Shown in pieces: positions 43,971-52,543 of a DNA stretch of 64,000 nt. The translations under genes were made by a program, and so were the position numbers. Source of the DNA: an uncultured Acidobacteriota bacterium (GTDB lineage Bacteria > Acidobacteriota > Terriglobia > UBA7540); the NCBI GenBank assembly GCA_963804995.1, contig CAWDSK010000006.1, positions 1,056,001 through 1,120,000 of the forward strand, in the 5' to 3' direction. The notes under the pieces are model-generated. The model searched no databases, was not told the DNA's origin, and worked only from the letters and a program-made list of their open reading frames with translations. Each line of letters opens with the position of its first letter. The stretch's first letter is position 1.

Positions 43971-45209
43971 CTACGCGGTTGAGGTCCGAGTGATGGCCGC
44001 CGGGTGCGTCCATATCTCAGGCTTGATCTCCATTCCCAAGCCCGGCAGTTCCGGAGCGCGGATTTTGCCGTTGCGGGGAACCAGCGGATTTACGAGCATG
44101 GTGGGCCAGGTCGTTTCGTAGAAAACCTGGCAACTCTCCTGGATGGCAAGGTTGGTAAGGGCCGTGGAAAGATGGGTGGAGGCGTAAAAAAGCAGCGGCC
44201 CGCCCGCGGTGTGCGGCGCTACGGGCAGCTCAAAGGCTTCCGCCATGGTGCAAATCTTCTTGGCCTCGCTCAGTCCGCCGCACCAGGTAACATCGTACAT
44301 CACGTATTTGGCGCACCGAGCTTCCAGCATTTGCAGAAATTGCATGCGCCCCGCCAGGCGCTCGCTGATGGTGAGGGGGAGCGACGTGGATTCGGCCAAT
44401 TGCCGGTACTGGGGGAAATTGCCGGGCAGCAGCATGTCCTCCAGCCACATGGGCCGATAGGGCTCCAGCGCCTTGGCTATCCGCACAGCGGAAGTCAGGT
44501 CCCAATTTGCGTGAAATTCCATGAGGATTTCAATGTCGTTGCCGAAGGTGTCGCGCAGCTTGCGCACCGGCGCCAGGCCTTCGTCGATGTCAGCCACGGT
44601 AATGTATTGGTGCTGGTTGCGATACGCCGCTCCATCAAAGGGCCAGATCTTGATGGCCTTGACGCCGTACCGGTCGATCAACTCATGCATGATCTTTTCC
44701 GGCTCCTTATTAAAGTCGTAACGGTTGCCGAAGCAGGTGTTGTAGAGGCGAATCTCAGGATTGGACTTTCCCCCCAGCAGGCGGTACACGGGAACATTCA
44801 AGGATTTCCCCAAAAGGTCCCATAGAGCCAGATCAATGGCGCTCAGTACGCGCATCTCCGTGCCGCCGGTCACCTCGAAAGCGAAGGTGCGATAGAAATC
44901 CGCCCAGATGCGGTCGATGTCGCGCGGGTCGCGGCCGAGCAGCATCTCGGCGACGCTCGAATGCACCAGGCTGGACTCCGCTTCATTCCGCGGGTAACAC
45001 TCGCCCAGACCCACCAGGCCGTTGTTGGTGTGGACGCGTACCCACACCCAATTGGGTTCCCAGGGTAAATCGACCCCCGGGCGGAAGTAGGTGGTGTCAA
45101 TCCGCGTAATCTTCATGGGCGGCGCAGAACTTGTCTGGGCAAAGGCGTGAGAGCCAATCTCTGCCAGCGCCGGCGTCAGCAGGAATGGAAGAAAATTTCG
45201 TCGTTTCAT
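43971..45209 (-). CDS. Tat-signal mandelate racemase / muconate lactonising enzyme family (sugar-acid dehydratase-like)
   Basis: KRRNFL signal; SAIDLALWDLLGK, KIW, WLED and APH motifs. Confidence 0.9.
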   Translation of the reverse strand: MKRRNFLPFLLTPALAEIGSHAFAQTSSAPPMKITRIDTTYFRPGVDLPWEPNWVWVRVHTNNGLVGLGECYPRNEAESSLVHSSVAEMLLGRDPRDIDRIWADFYRTFAFEVTGGTEMRVLSAIDLALWDLLGKSLNVPVYRLLGGKSNPEIRLYNTCFGNRYDFNKEPEKIMHELIDRYGVKAIKIWPFDGAAYRNQHQYITVADIDEGLAPVRKLRDTFGNDIEILMEFHANWDLTSAVRIAKALEPYRPMWLEDMLLPGNFPQYRQLAESTSLPLTISERLAGRMQFLQMLEARCAKYVMYDVTWCGGLSEAKKICTMAEAFELPVAPHTAGGPLLFYASTHLSTALTNLAIQESCQVFYETTWPTMLVNPLVPRNGKIRAPELPGLGMEIKPEIWTHPAAITRTSTA

Positions 45210-45327
45210 AAGTTGCCCCCTTTAACCTCAGTCTTGGACAGATCTTCTTTAGGGAAGCCCACAGACATCAATGACTAGCCTCAAGGCTGTTCACCTAAGC
45301 TCTTGTGCTTCCTGTTCGATGCTAAGA

Positions 45328-45612
45328 CCCCCTCACCCGTCCCGCCCCGGCCGATGAAAACGCCGGCTGCGGTCCACCCTCTCCCCCAAAGGGGCGAGGG
45401 TTATAAACTCAAGTCAACCTCGTTCTCGCCTCCGCGTAAATTCCAATTAACTCCCCGCTCGGTCGCCGCGGCGACAGAGGGGCCGGGGGAGGGGGTCGCC
45501 CGGAAACAAAGTTCGAAGGAACAGACGAAAAGTATAATGACTAGCCCTCTCCGAGGGGAGAGGGTGGACCGCAGCCGGCGTTCTCATCAGCCGGGGCGGG
45601 ACGGGTGAGGGG
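45328..45612. repeat. Inverted pair of family A REPs with an internal palindrome
   Basis: Copies at 45328-45400 (+) and 45544-45612 (-). Confidence 0.85.
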
Positions 45613-45721
45613 TCACTTTCGGGTTTTGGGCGTTTGAAAATTCTACAAGTTAGGAATTCAAAAACCATGAGCCCCGCCCTTCCAAAAAGAAATCCGGGCC
45701 GAGGGTTACGGGCGTGGAAGG

Positions 45722-46273
45722 CTATTTAAAGTTTTCGTCAATGAGGTATTCGACCACGACCACATCGTGCCAGCGGCTGTCCAGGAAGGTATGCTTTTGG
45801 TGCACGCCCACTTCCCGCCAACCGGTCAGGCGGCACAGCGTGCGGCCGGCATCGTTGTGGGCCAGGAATCTCCCTATCAGTTTGAAGTGTCCCTCGGCGC
45901 GCCCCGCGGATTGCACGGCCCGCATCAGTTCCTTGCCCACCCCGTGGCGGCGGTAGTCGCGGTCGATGTAGAGGAGCATTTCCGCAATGCCTTCAATGCG
46001 CGGCCGCACCTGATACGGACTGAGCGAGGACCAGCCCAGAACCCGCCCGTTCAATTCCGCCACCAGCAGCGGAAACCTCCCGGAATGTTCCGTCACCCAG
46101 CGCGTGCGTTCGTCCGGAGTGATCAGAAAATTCTCAAAGGTCGCCATGTGGTCCTGCGTAGCCTGCAAATAAATGCGCGCGATGTCCTGCGCGTCGCGCA
46201 TCTCCGCAGGCCGCACCAGCAATTGGGAACGCGGCCTGTCCGAAAAGCCCACGGTAGAGGGTGGTGTCGACAT
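45722..46273 (-). CDS. GNAT N-acetyltransferase (YncA/phosphinothricin acetyltransferase-like)
   Basis: ATFE, RRHGVGKELM acetyl-CoA motif, GWREVG...WHDV. Confidence 0.88.
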   Translation of the reverse strand: MSTPPSTVGFSDRPRSQLLVRPAEMRDAQDIARIYLQATQDHMATFENFLITPDERTRWVTEHSGRFPLLVAELNGRVLGWSSLSPYQVRPRIEGIAEMLLYIDRDYRRHGVGKELMRAVQSAGRAEGHFKLIGRFLAHNDAGRTLCRLTGWREVGVHQKHTFLDSRWHDVVVVEYLIDENFK

Positions 46274-46322
46274 GATTCAAGCCCCACTCATCATAACAAG
46301 TTCTGTGAAGTCCACCAAGCAT

Positions 46323-46520
46323 TAGGGAACAGGGAATAGGGAACAGGCGGAAAGGGAACAGGGAACAGGTTACAGGGAACAGTAAAGGCAGGGAATAGGG
46401 AATTGGGAGTTGGGAATGATAAGTCAACGACCTTTTGCATTCTGTCTTGCCTTTACTGTTCCCTGTTCCCTGCCTTCTGTTCCCTTCTGCCTGTTCCCTG
46501 TTCCCTATTCCCTGTTCCCT
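46323..46520. repeat. Inverted pair of GGGAACA 7-mer arrays
   Basis: GGGAA(C/T)A units at 46325-46415 and TGTTCCC units at 46457-46520. Confidence 0.9.
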
Positions 46521-46544
46521 TTCCGCCGGTGCCTCAACATTCGG

Positions 46545-47123
46545 TCAAAACCGTTTGGCATCAGCCCGCACGCGGTCGACGTACTTCCCCGTGGCCCAGT
46601 CCACCCGTACTGTCTCACCCGTCTTGATGAATTGCGGCACCATGATTTCGAGGCCGTTCTCCAGTGTCGCCTGCTTGAAAGTATTGTCTTGCTGCTGGTG
46701 GACAGGTTGCGCGGTCGTAGCAACCCTGGCCTCAACGATGGGCGGCAAGACGATGCTGACCGGCTGACCTTCATAAAACTCCACGGGAACTTTCATCTCG
46801 GCCTGGAGGAATGGCGTGGCTGCGCCAATCGCTTCCCGCGGGATCGAAACCTGCTCGTAGGTTTGGGGGTTCATGAAGGTGACGGAATCCGAATCCGCGT
46901 AAAGGAATTCCATATCCTGCCTCTGGAGCTGGGTATCCTCCAGCCGTTCTTCCGGCCGGAAACGGAACTCCTTCAGCGTGCCGCTTATCACGTGGTGGGC
47001 GCGAGCGTGCACGCTTCCCGGCATCTTGCCCTGCCCCAGGTGGTAAGTGGATTCGAACACCTTGTAAATATCCTTGCCAATTTTCAAAACCATTCCCGGC
47101 CGGATTTGCGATGCGATAACCAT
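46545..47123 (-). CDS. efp: Elongation factor P paralogue with an atypical tip loop
   Basis: IRPGMVL N-terminus, FMNPQTYEQ, and C-terminal KQATLENGLEIMVPQFIKTGETVRVDWATGKY. Confidence 0.9.
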   Translation of the reverse strand: MVIASQIRPGMVLKIGKDIYKVFESTYHLGQGKMPGSVHARAHHVISGTLKEFRFRPEERLEDTQLQRQDMEFLYADSDSVTFMNPQTYEQVSIPREAIGAATPFLQAEMKVPVEFYEGQPVSIVLPPIVEARVATTAQPVHQQQDNTFKQATLENGLEIMVPQFIKTGETVRVDWATGKYVDRVRADAKRF

Positions 47124-47387
47124 GGGGACCTCGTCGGCCCGCAGGGGCAGTTGGGGTACCGTCCGGCTTTGTGGACTTCGAGCGGCGGACGGATGAAGGA
47201 CCCGCTACTTCTGGCTACGCTGCACATGCCGCGCCGGGGTGCACAATTAATCGCCCAGCGGTTCGCAGTCGCCGGAAGATCTCGGGGCAAAGGGATTATT
47301 CTACGCCCGCGCCGCCGAATCAAGTCTTGGTGTTGAAGAGAGCTGCGCCTGCCCGTCCCTCGCGGGGAGTTGATTTGAAGTTGAATA

Positions 47388-47497
47388 ACCACCCCGGCGC
47401 TCGGTGCGCCACCCCTCTTGAATCAGGAGGGGAGCTATTACTTAAGAACTCCCCGCCTCAGATGAGGAGGGGTGGCGCGCTGAGCGCCGGGGTGGTG
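47388..47497. repeat. REP-like inverted doublet
   Basis: ACCACCCCGGCGCTC...CCACCCCTC and GAGGGGTGG...GAGCGCCGGGGTGGT; related to the 43520-43700 units. Confidence 0.8.
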
Positions 47498-47783
47498 CTG
47501 ATAATGAGCTATTGGGGTGGCGCTGATCGGGCCAATATGCGACGGTACTGACAAGGTGATAAAGGGGTGGCGTTGATAGTGGTAGCGCCAACGTATCTTT
47601 CCGCCGCCTCTGAAGCCCAGCATTGTGCAGTCAACAACTGCTCTCTGCCTACTGCTTTCTGCTTACCGCCTACTGCCTTCTGCCTACTGCCTTCTGCTCT
47701 CCCCCCCCCGCTGGGAGCCAAATTCTCCCTCACCCCTCACCTAGAATCCGTCGATAGGAAGTAGTGGAGGCATCGAGATTCCG

Positions 47784-47972
47784 ATGCGCGAACAACCCTA
47801 TGGGCAAAGCGGTTCTGAGCTAGGAACAAGCTGGATTGACTGGGCGGCCCGCCATCCCGGAATTGTTCTGCTGGGAACTCTGGTGATAGCGATTCTGGCG
47901 TTCTCCGGGGAACCCAAGCTCGAAGACACTGACTTGGATTCGAGCGGCGAGGAAGTCCCGCTGTTCATCTGA
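47784..47972 (+). CDS. 62-aa single-TM small protein with an acidic tail
   Basis: GGAGG upstream; WIDWAARHPGIVLLGTLVIAILAF helix. Confidence 0.6.
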   Translation: MREQPYGQSGSELGTSWIDWAARHPGIVLLGTLVIAILAFSGEPKLEDTDLDSSGEEVPLFI

Positions 47973-48463
47973 GCCGGAGTAAACGAGTTGATCACCTGCC
48001 GGCTCCGCGGGCGAGGAGACGCACAAGCGTTAACCTGACCCTCTGCCATGGAGCCCAGGTGATGACTCCGCTCGGGCTTTTGTAGAGCCCCCCCCTTAGG
48101 CGCGAGGATTTGATCTCCCATCGGAACATCTGCCGGGCTAACCCGTCGCGACGTGGTCGGGATATTCTGGGTCGGGAAACCGGCCTCTACAATAGTTGCG
48201 GGCCTGCGACTTTTTGTCATTGGTGGGACATGTCCCAGTTGTTGCTCTCCGCGCGGCATAGCGCGCGGTGTCCCACGAACTTTCCCCTCATCTTGCGTTT
48301 TTCACTAGAGCTTTTCAGCCCCCTGAATTTTCATGTTCGGCTCGCTCGCATGACGCAACATTTGTTCAGCATTGCGGAATCTTACTGCGCTGTCAAAATC
48401 ACGGCGGAATGGAAATACCATCCGCTGCACCTAACAAAGAATCAGGCTGGGCGGCAGCAGATT

Positions 48464-49879
48464 TTAGATTGCCGGCCGTTTTTGTGTGAAGTAAACTTTC
48501 GCGAACCACAATCCACCCACAATAATTGCCGCGAGTGTCGCGAGTGAATTTATTCGTGCTGAGTGAGGAAGACTGAGCATGGCAACCAATATCAACGTCC
48601 AAACCAGCGCAGCGATCGCCAAAGCACGGGAGCGGTGAATTCCCTGATCCTTCGTGACAGCAGGCGCTCCGCTGATCTCGCGTGAAGGTTTGCGGCGCAG
48701 TGTAGCAGACAACACTACGGCATAAGTCAGGTAACCTGCGAGTGTGGCGATCCCGGTTATCACCACTTCCAATTTTGCCCACATCACAAACACCATGGAG
48801 AGCAGCGTGACGGACCAAAGCGCGCGCGCGGGAACCCGATGCACGCTGACGCGCGCGAGCCACGGGGACACGGGAAGTTGCCCGTCGCGAGCCATTGCCC
48901 AGACCATGCGCGTGAGCGTTGTCAGGTTGGCCAAGGCCGAGGCGAAGATCGAGATGAAGACCATGAACATCGTGGCGTGAGTCACGAGAGGCGGGAAGTA
49001 GTGGTCCATGATCAGCCGCAACGGAGTCTGATCCCCCGTGACGGTCTTCAAATCGTAAATGGCCAGCGTGAAGCCCGCGAGCACCAGGAATCCAACAATC
49101 ACGGAGAAAACCTCCGAGCGCACAATCGCGCGGGGAACAATCCGCGTGGGGTCATGAGTCTCTTCCGAAAGATTGGCGGCGCTTTCGAACCCCGTCAGTG
49201 TCCACGCACTCATCAGGGATGAAAACGCGAACGCCCCGATGTACGACAAGCCTCCGGGCTGCGCGGGATGGGTCAGCAGGAATCCCAGCGGCTTCGTGTG
49301 CCGCCAGAGCGCGACGCAGAGAAGCAGCAGACCCACGAGCACCGTCCCCAAAATCTCCGTCACCACCGAAACGTTGTTTACCCAACTCGCCAGCAGGATT
49401 CCGAAATGATTAATCAGCGCGATCGCCCCCAGGATAACGACCGTGGCCACGATAACGTTGCGGTTCGAGGGGGCGAAACCGAGGTAAGGCACGAGATAAT
49501 TGGCCAAGGCGTAACAGACTCCAGGCATCCCGGTAAGGAATTGAATAATCATCAGCCAACCCGCCCACCACGCAAGCTGCGGGCCGGCCAAGCGGCGCGT
49601 CCAATGGTAGGCGTAACCGGAAAGGGGGATTTCCGCGGCAAGGCGAGCAAAAACGAGTGCCACCAGAAACTGCCCCGCGCCCACCACCAGCCAGGTCCAG
49701 ATAAAGGCGGGGCCGGCGATCCGCAAACCGTCGCCATAGTTTGCGAAGAGCCCGGTGGTGACGGAAATTACGGAGAAGCTCAGCGCAAAACTCAAGAAAT
49801 AGCCGAGCGTCCGCTTCAGCTCCTGCCGATAGCCAAATTGCTCAAGCACTTTTTCATCTGGGAACGTGATGGGATCCAT
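48464..49879 (-). CDS. APC-family amino acid/polyamine permease
   Basis: FGYRQELKRTL, IPLSGYAYHW, GFESAANLSEET and MARDG motifs; start placed at MDPITF. Confidence 0.9.
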   Translation of the reverse strand: MDPITFPDEKVLEQFGYRQELKRTLGYFLSFALSFSVISVTTGLFANYGDGLRIAGPAFIWTWLVVGAGQFLVALVFARLAAEIPLSGYAYHWTRRLAGPQLAWWAGWLMIIQFLTGMPGVCYALANYLVPYLGFAPSNRNVIVATVVILGAIALINHFGILLASWVNNVSVVTEILGTVLVGLLLLCVALWRHTKPLGFLLTHPAQPGGLSYIGAFAFSSLMSAWTLTGFESAANLSEETHDPTRIVPRAIVRSEVFSVIVGFLVLAGFTLAIYDLKTVTGDQTPLRLIMDHYFPPLVTHATMFMVFISIFASALANLTTLTRMVWAMARDGQLPVSPWLARVSVHRVPARALWSVTLLSMVFVMWAKLEVVITGIATLAGYLTYAVVLSATLRRKPSREISGAPAVTKDQGIHRSRALAIAALVWTLILVAMLSLPHSARINSLATLAAIIVGGLWFAKVYFTQKRPAI

Positions 49880-50003
49880 CCTTGAAAACCGGTGCACGAT
49901 GCGGGTAGTGAAAAGGTTCACCCAGAGGAGCAATTTCCCCCTGGGGAATTCGCACGGCCCAATTAATCGCCGTCGCACTTTCGAGCCGCCCGCGGACTGG
50001 CAC

Positions 50004-50441
50004 TTACTCACGCTCGGGCGGGGGAATCTGAACGATGACTCGGCACGGCGCGTGGTGGGCCACATATTGGACCACGGAGCCCAGCAGTATCTCACCCAGA
50101 GTATGGGAGTGAGGCCGATGATGGCCCATCACCAGCAAATCCACTCCCTGGTTTTTGGCCTCGCCCACAATGGCCTCACCCACTTCCCGAGCCCGCACTA
50201 GATTAGTGGAAATGGGCTTGGGAAATTTCTTCGCCACACTCTTCGCGTGACTGAGAAGTTCTTTGCCGGGATGGTCGAGGATTTCATCCGTGGCGTCAAG
50301 AGGAGTGGCAAGGGGCACCTCCGCCACGTGTAAAGCCGTCAGGTCCGCGTCCATACCACTCGCCAACTGACAAGCCAAGGTCACCAGGCTTTCTACCGAA
50401 CCGGCGTCACAAATAGCCACCATCACCTTGGATTTGCCCAT
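50004..50441 (-). CDS. Universal stress protein
   Basis: VDLLVMG...LLGSVVQYVAHHAPCRVIV. Confidence 0.92.
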   Translation of the reverse strand: MGKSKVMVAICDAGSVESLVTLACQLASGMDADLTALHVAEVPLATPLDATDEILDHPGKELLSHAKSVAKKFPKPISTNLVRAREVGEAIVGEAKNQGVDLLVMGHHRPHSHTLGEILLGSVVQYVAHHAPCRVIVQIPPPERE

Positions 50442-50648
50442 GTGTGCCTCCGCTGTTGAAGTTGGGGGCAGAATATTCGCTCCCTCGCAAATTTGCAAGT
50501 GGCAGCGGGAGGCGGCCCGCTGGCGGGGGAGCGTTGGATACAGGTTCAGTTAATCCCCCGGATTTCTGACACTTAGATAAAGAAGACGGCGGGTTGTTGA
50601 GAACAACTCAGGAGAAAGCGAAGGGGGTGTGCGACAAATCTGTGTGGG

Positions 50649-51976
50649 TCAGGCCGCGCGGGGGCGACGGTTCTCCCAGTAATCCTCGAATTTGCCGCTC
50701 AAGCGATGGCAGCGAAGGGCGATGATGGCATTGGCCCCGCGGACCCTCCAGAACATACCGGAGCGCTTCAGCCGAGTGCCGATGAGGGTTTTGCAGCCGG
50801 CTTCGACACCCCGGAACCTACGAACAGATGCTGACGCCGAAAGGTCGGATAGCGCATCCGTTGGGCGTTGACGGTAAAATAATCTGCCGCGTGGCGCAAG
50901 AGTTCGGCGGCTTCGGGCGTGGCTGGGAACAGCGAGCGCAAATCGCGCACTAGGGATTCGATCCGCCCGCTCTCCAACTTCTCCTCCCGTTTTCTGGTCC
51001 ACCTTCGGCGGTGGCGCTCGTCGGTGGGCCAGAGCTGGCCCGACAGCTCCCCTAAGTGCTGTCGGGCATGATAAAGATCCACAATCTGAATGGCTCCCGG
51101 AAAGTGCTCGGCGGTGAGGTTCCAAATCCAAGGAGCACCATCGCCGATCACCACTTTCTTTTGGGCCCGGTTCCAGCCCCGACGATATGCTTCGAGGTAG
51201 ATGCGTCGCCCAAAAACCTCGGCCGTTTCGATGCCTCCCGTGTAGGTGGTGGAGCCTTCTTCGCGCGCCGGTCGGCCCCGGGCATCCCGTGTCGTCTGGG
51301 CGAAGACACAACCTAATTTCACTTCCCGCGTGCGCGCTTGCTCGCTCTGTTTCCCCGCTCGACCCTCGGTTTCCGAACTCACCACCGGTACTCCCGTCCC
51401 ATCCATCTCCACATAGAGTACCGGAATTTCCGGTCCCCTCACCTGCGGCAAGTTCCGTTGCAGGCCTTGCTGGATCGAGGCTTGTTCCTGGGCAGCAATC
51501 TCGGCGCCCAGAGCCTCTGCCTGCCGTTCCACGGCCTTGGTGGTCACCTCCAACCCGGCCAGCAGTTGCAGTTGTTCTCAACCGAGCGCAAAGGAGGTTT
51601 CGCTGCCCACCACCGCCATCATCCGTCGCACCCCAGGAGAATATTCCGTGCCCTCCACATCCAGTTCCTGATCGCGGGGACTCTGTCCCCGGTGACAGGC
51701 CGGACAAACGTAATAGGGACGCTCGGTCTCAACCCGCCCCAGCACGGTCAGCAGTTGCTTCCGACGCCTGCCGCGGTAGGGGGCCCCCCGACCACAGCCG
51801 CAGGGAACTTGGCGAGGGCACTCGTCCGGGGCGGCCAGCAACTCCTCCAGCACCGCCGCCCCCGCCCGGTGCATGGCCGCGCGTGTGGCCATCTCGACGG
51901 CTTCCAAATCCAGCGTCCCGGACTTGCGCCGCCCAGCAAAGATCACCGCCAGCAGGGACTCTACTTCTCGCGCCAC
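50649..51976 (-). CDS. ISKra4-type DDE transposase, with an in-frame TGA at 51578 and a -1 lesion near 50805
   Basis: YVEMDGTGVP, GDGAPWIW, VDLYHA, and GSG(V)VEAGCK...RLKRSGMFW. Confidence 0.88.
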
Positions 51977-52365
51977 TTCCCGCTGAATGGCTTCCGCCGT
52001 TTTTTTTCCTGCTCCGCCGCTTCGGCCTCCTGGGGGAGGGGGCGCTGACGGCAGATTTTTTCGTTCACCTCCACGAAGGCCCGGCGCAGTTGTTGAAACC
52101 TGCGGAACTCGGCAATCTGTCGTTCCGCCTGGTGCCGGGCGGCAGGGCTGGGGAAGGTTTCGCTGACGGTCCGGCCCTGCACCTTGTAAGTGAGCCGGAA
52201 GTTAGGGCCGTGGCCGGGATGATGGGGCTGATGACAGTGACAGTTGGACTTGCCGCAGCGGGCGGTAATGCTGGTGATCGAACCACTGCGGAGGTCACCC
52301 AGTTGGGCGATCTGGCGGATCAACTCCGCCCGTTGGTTCTCCAGGACGTCAAGGGATTGGGGCAT
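51961..52365 (-). CDS. IS accessory OrfA (DUF6788-like, CxxxxCxC-H)
   Basis: LRSGSI...CGKSNCHC...GHGP; overlaps the transposase frame at an A8 run. Confidence 0.8.
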   Translation of the reverse strand: MPQSLDVLENQRAELIRQIAQLGDLRSGSITSITARCGKSNCHCHQPHHPGHGPNFRLTYKVQGRTVSETFPSPAARHQAERQIAEFRRFQQLRRAFVEVNEKICRQRPLPQEAEAAEQEKKRRKPFSGKWREK

Positions 52366-52543
52366 GTTAAGGCCTCCTCTATCCTAACGTATCATATACG
52401 TTAGGATATAAGCGACAAAAAAAGAGCCAGCCCAGAGCGTTACATTTATGTCGCGCACCCAAGCGAAGGAAGGTGATGGCGTCTTCGAACATTTTCAAAG
52501 TATAATTGAATGTTTTATTCGAAGCCCACGCATCCAAGTGAAG

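Larger units (their letters stand above)
50625..52460 (-). mobile_element. ISKra4-family insertion sequence, 1836 bp
   Basis: TIRs GGGTGTGCGACA / TGTCGCGCACCC; 9-bp direct repeat AAGCGAAGG at 50616-50624 and 52461-52469. Confidence 0.92.

Noticed and set aside
28973..51580. In-frame TGA codons as selenocysteine or stop-codon reassignment
   Set aside because: TGA ends many normal genes here; both cases are GGT-TGA-G, best explained as C>T in GGTCGAG (Arg), and I see no SECIS-like hairpin
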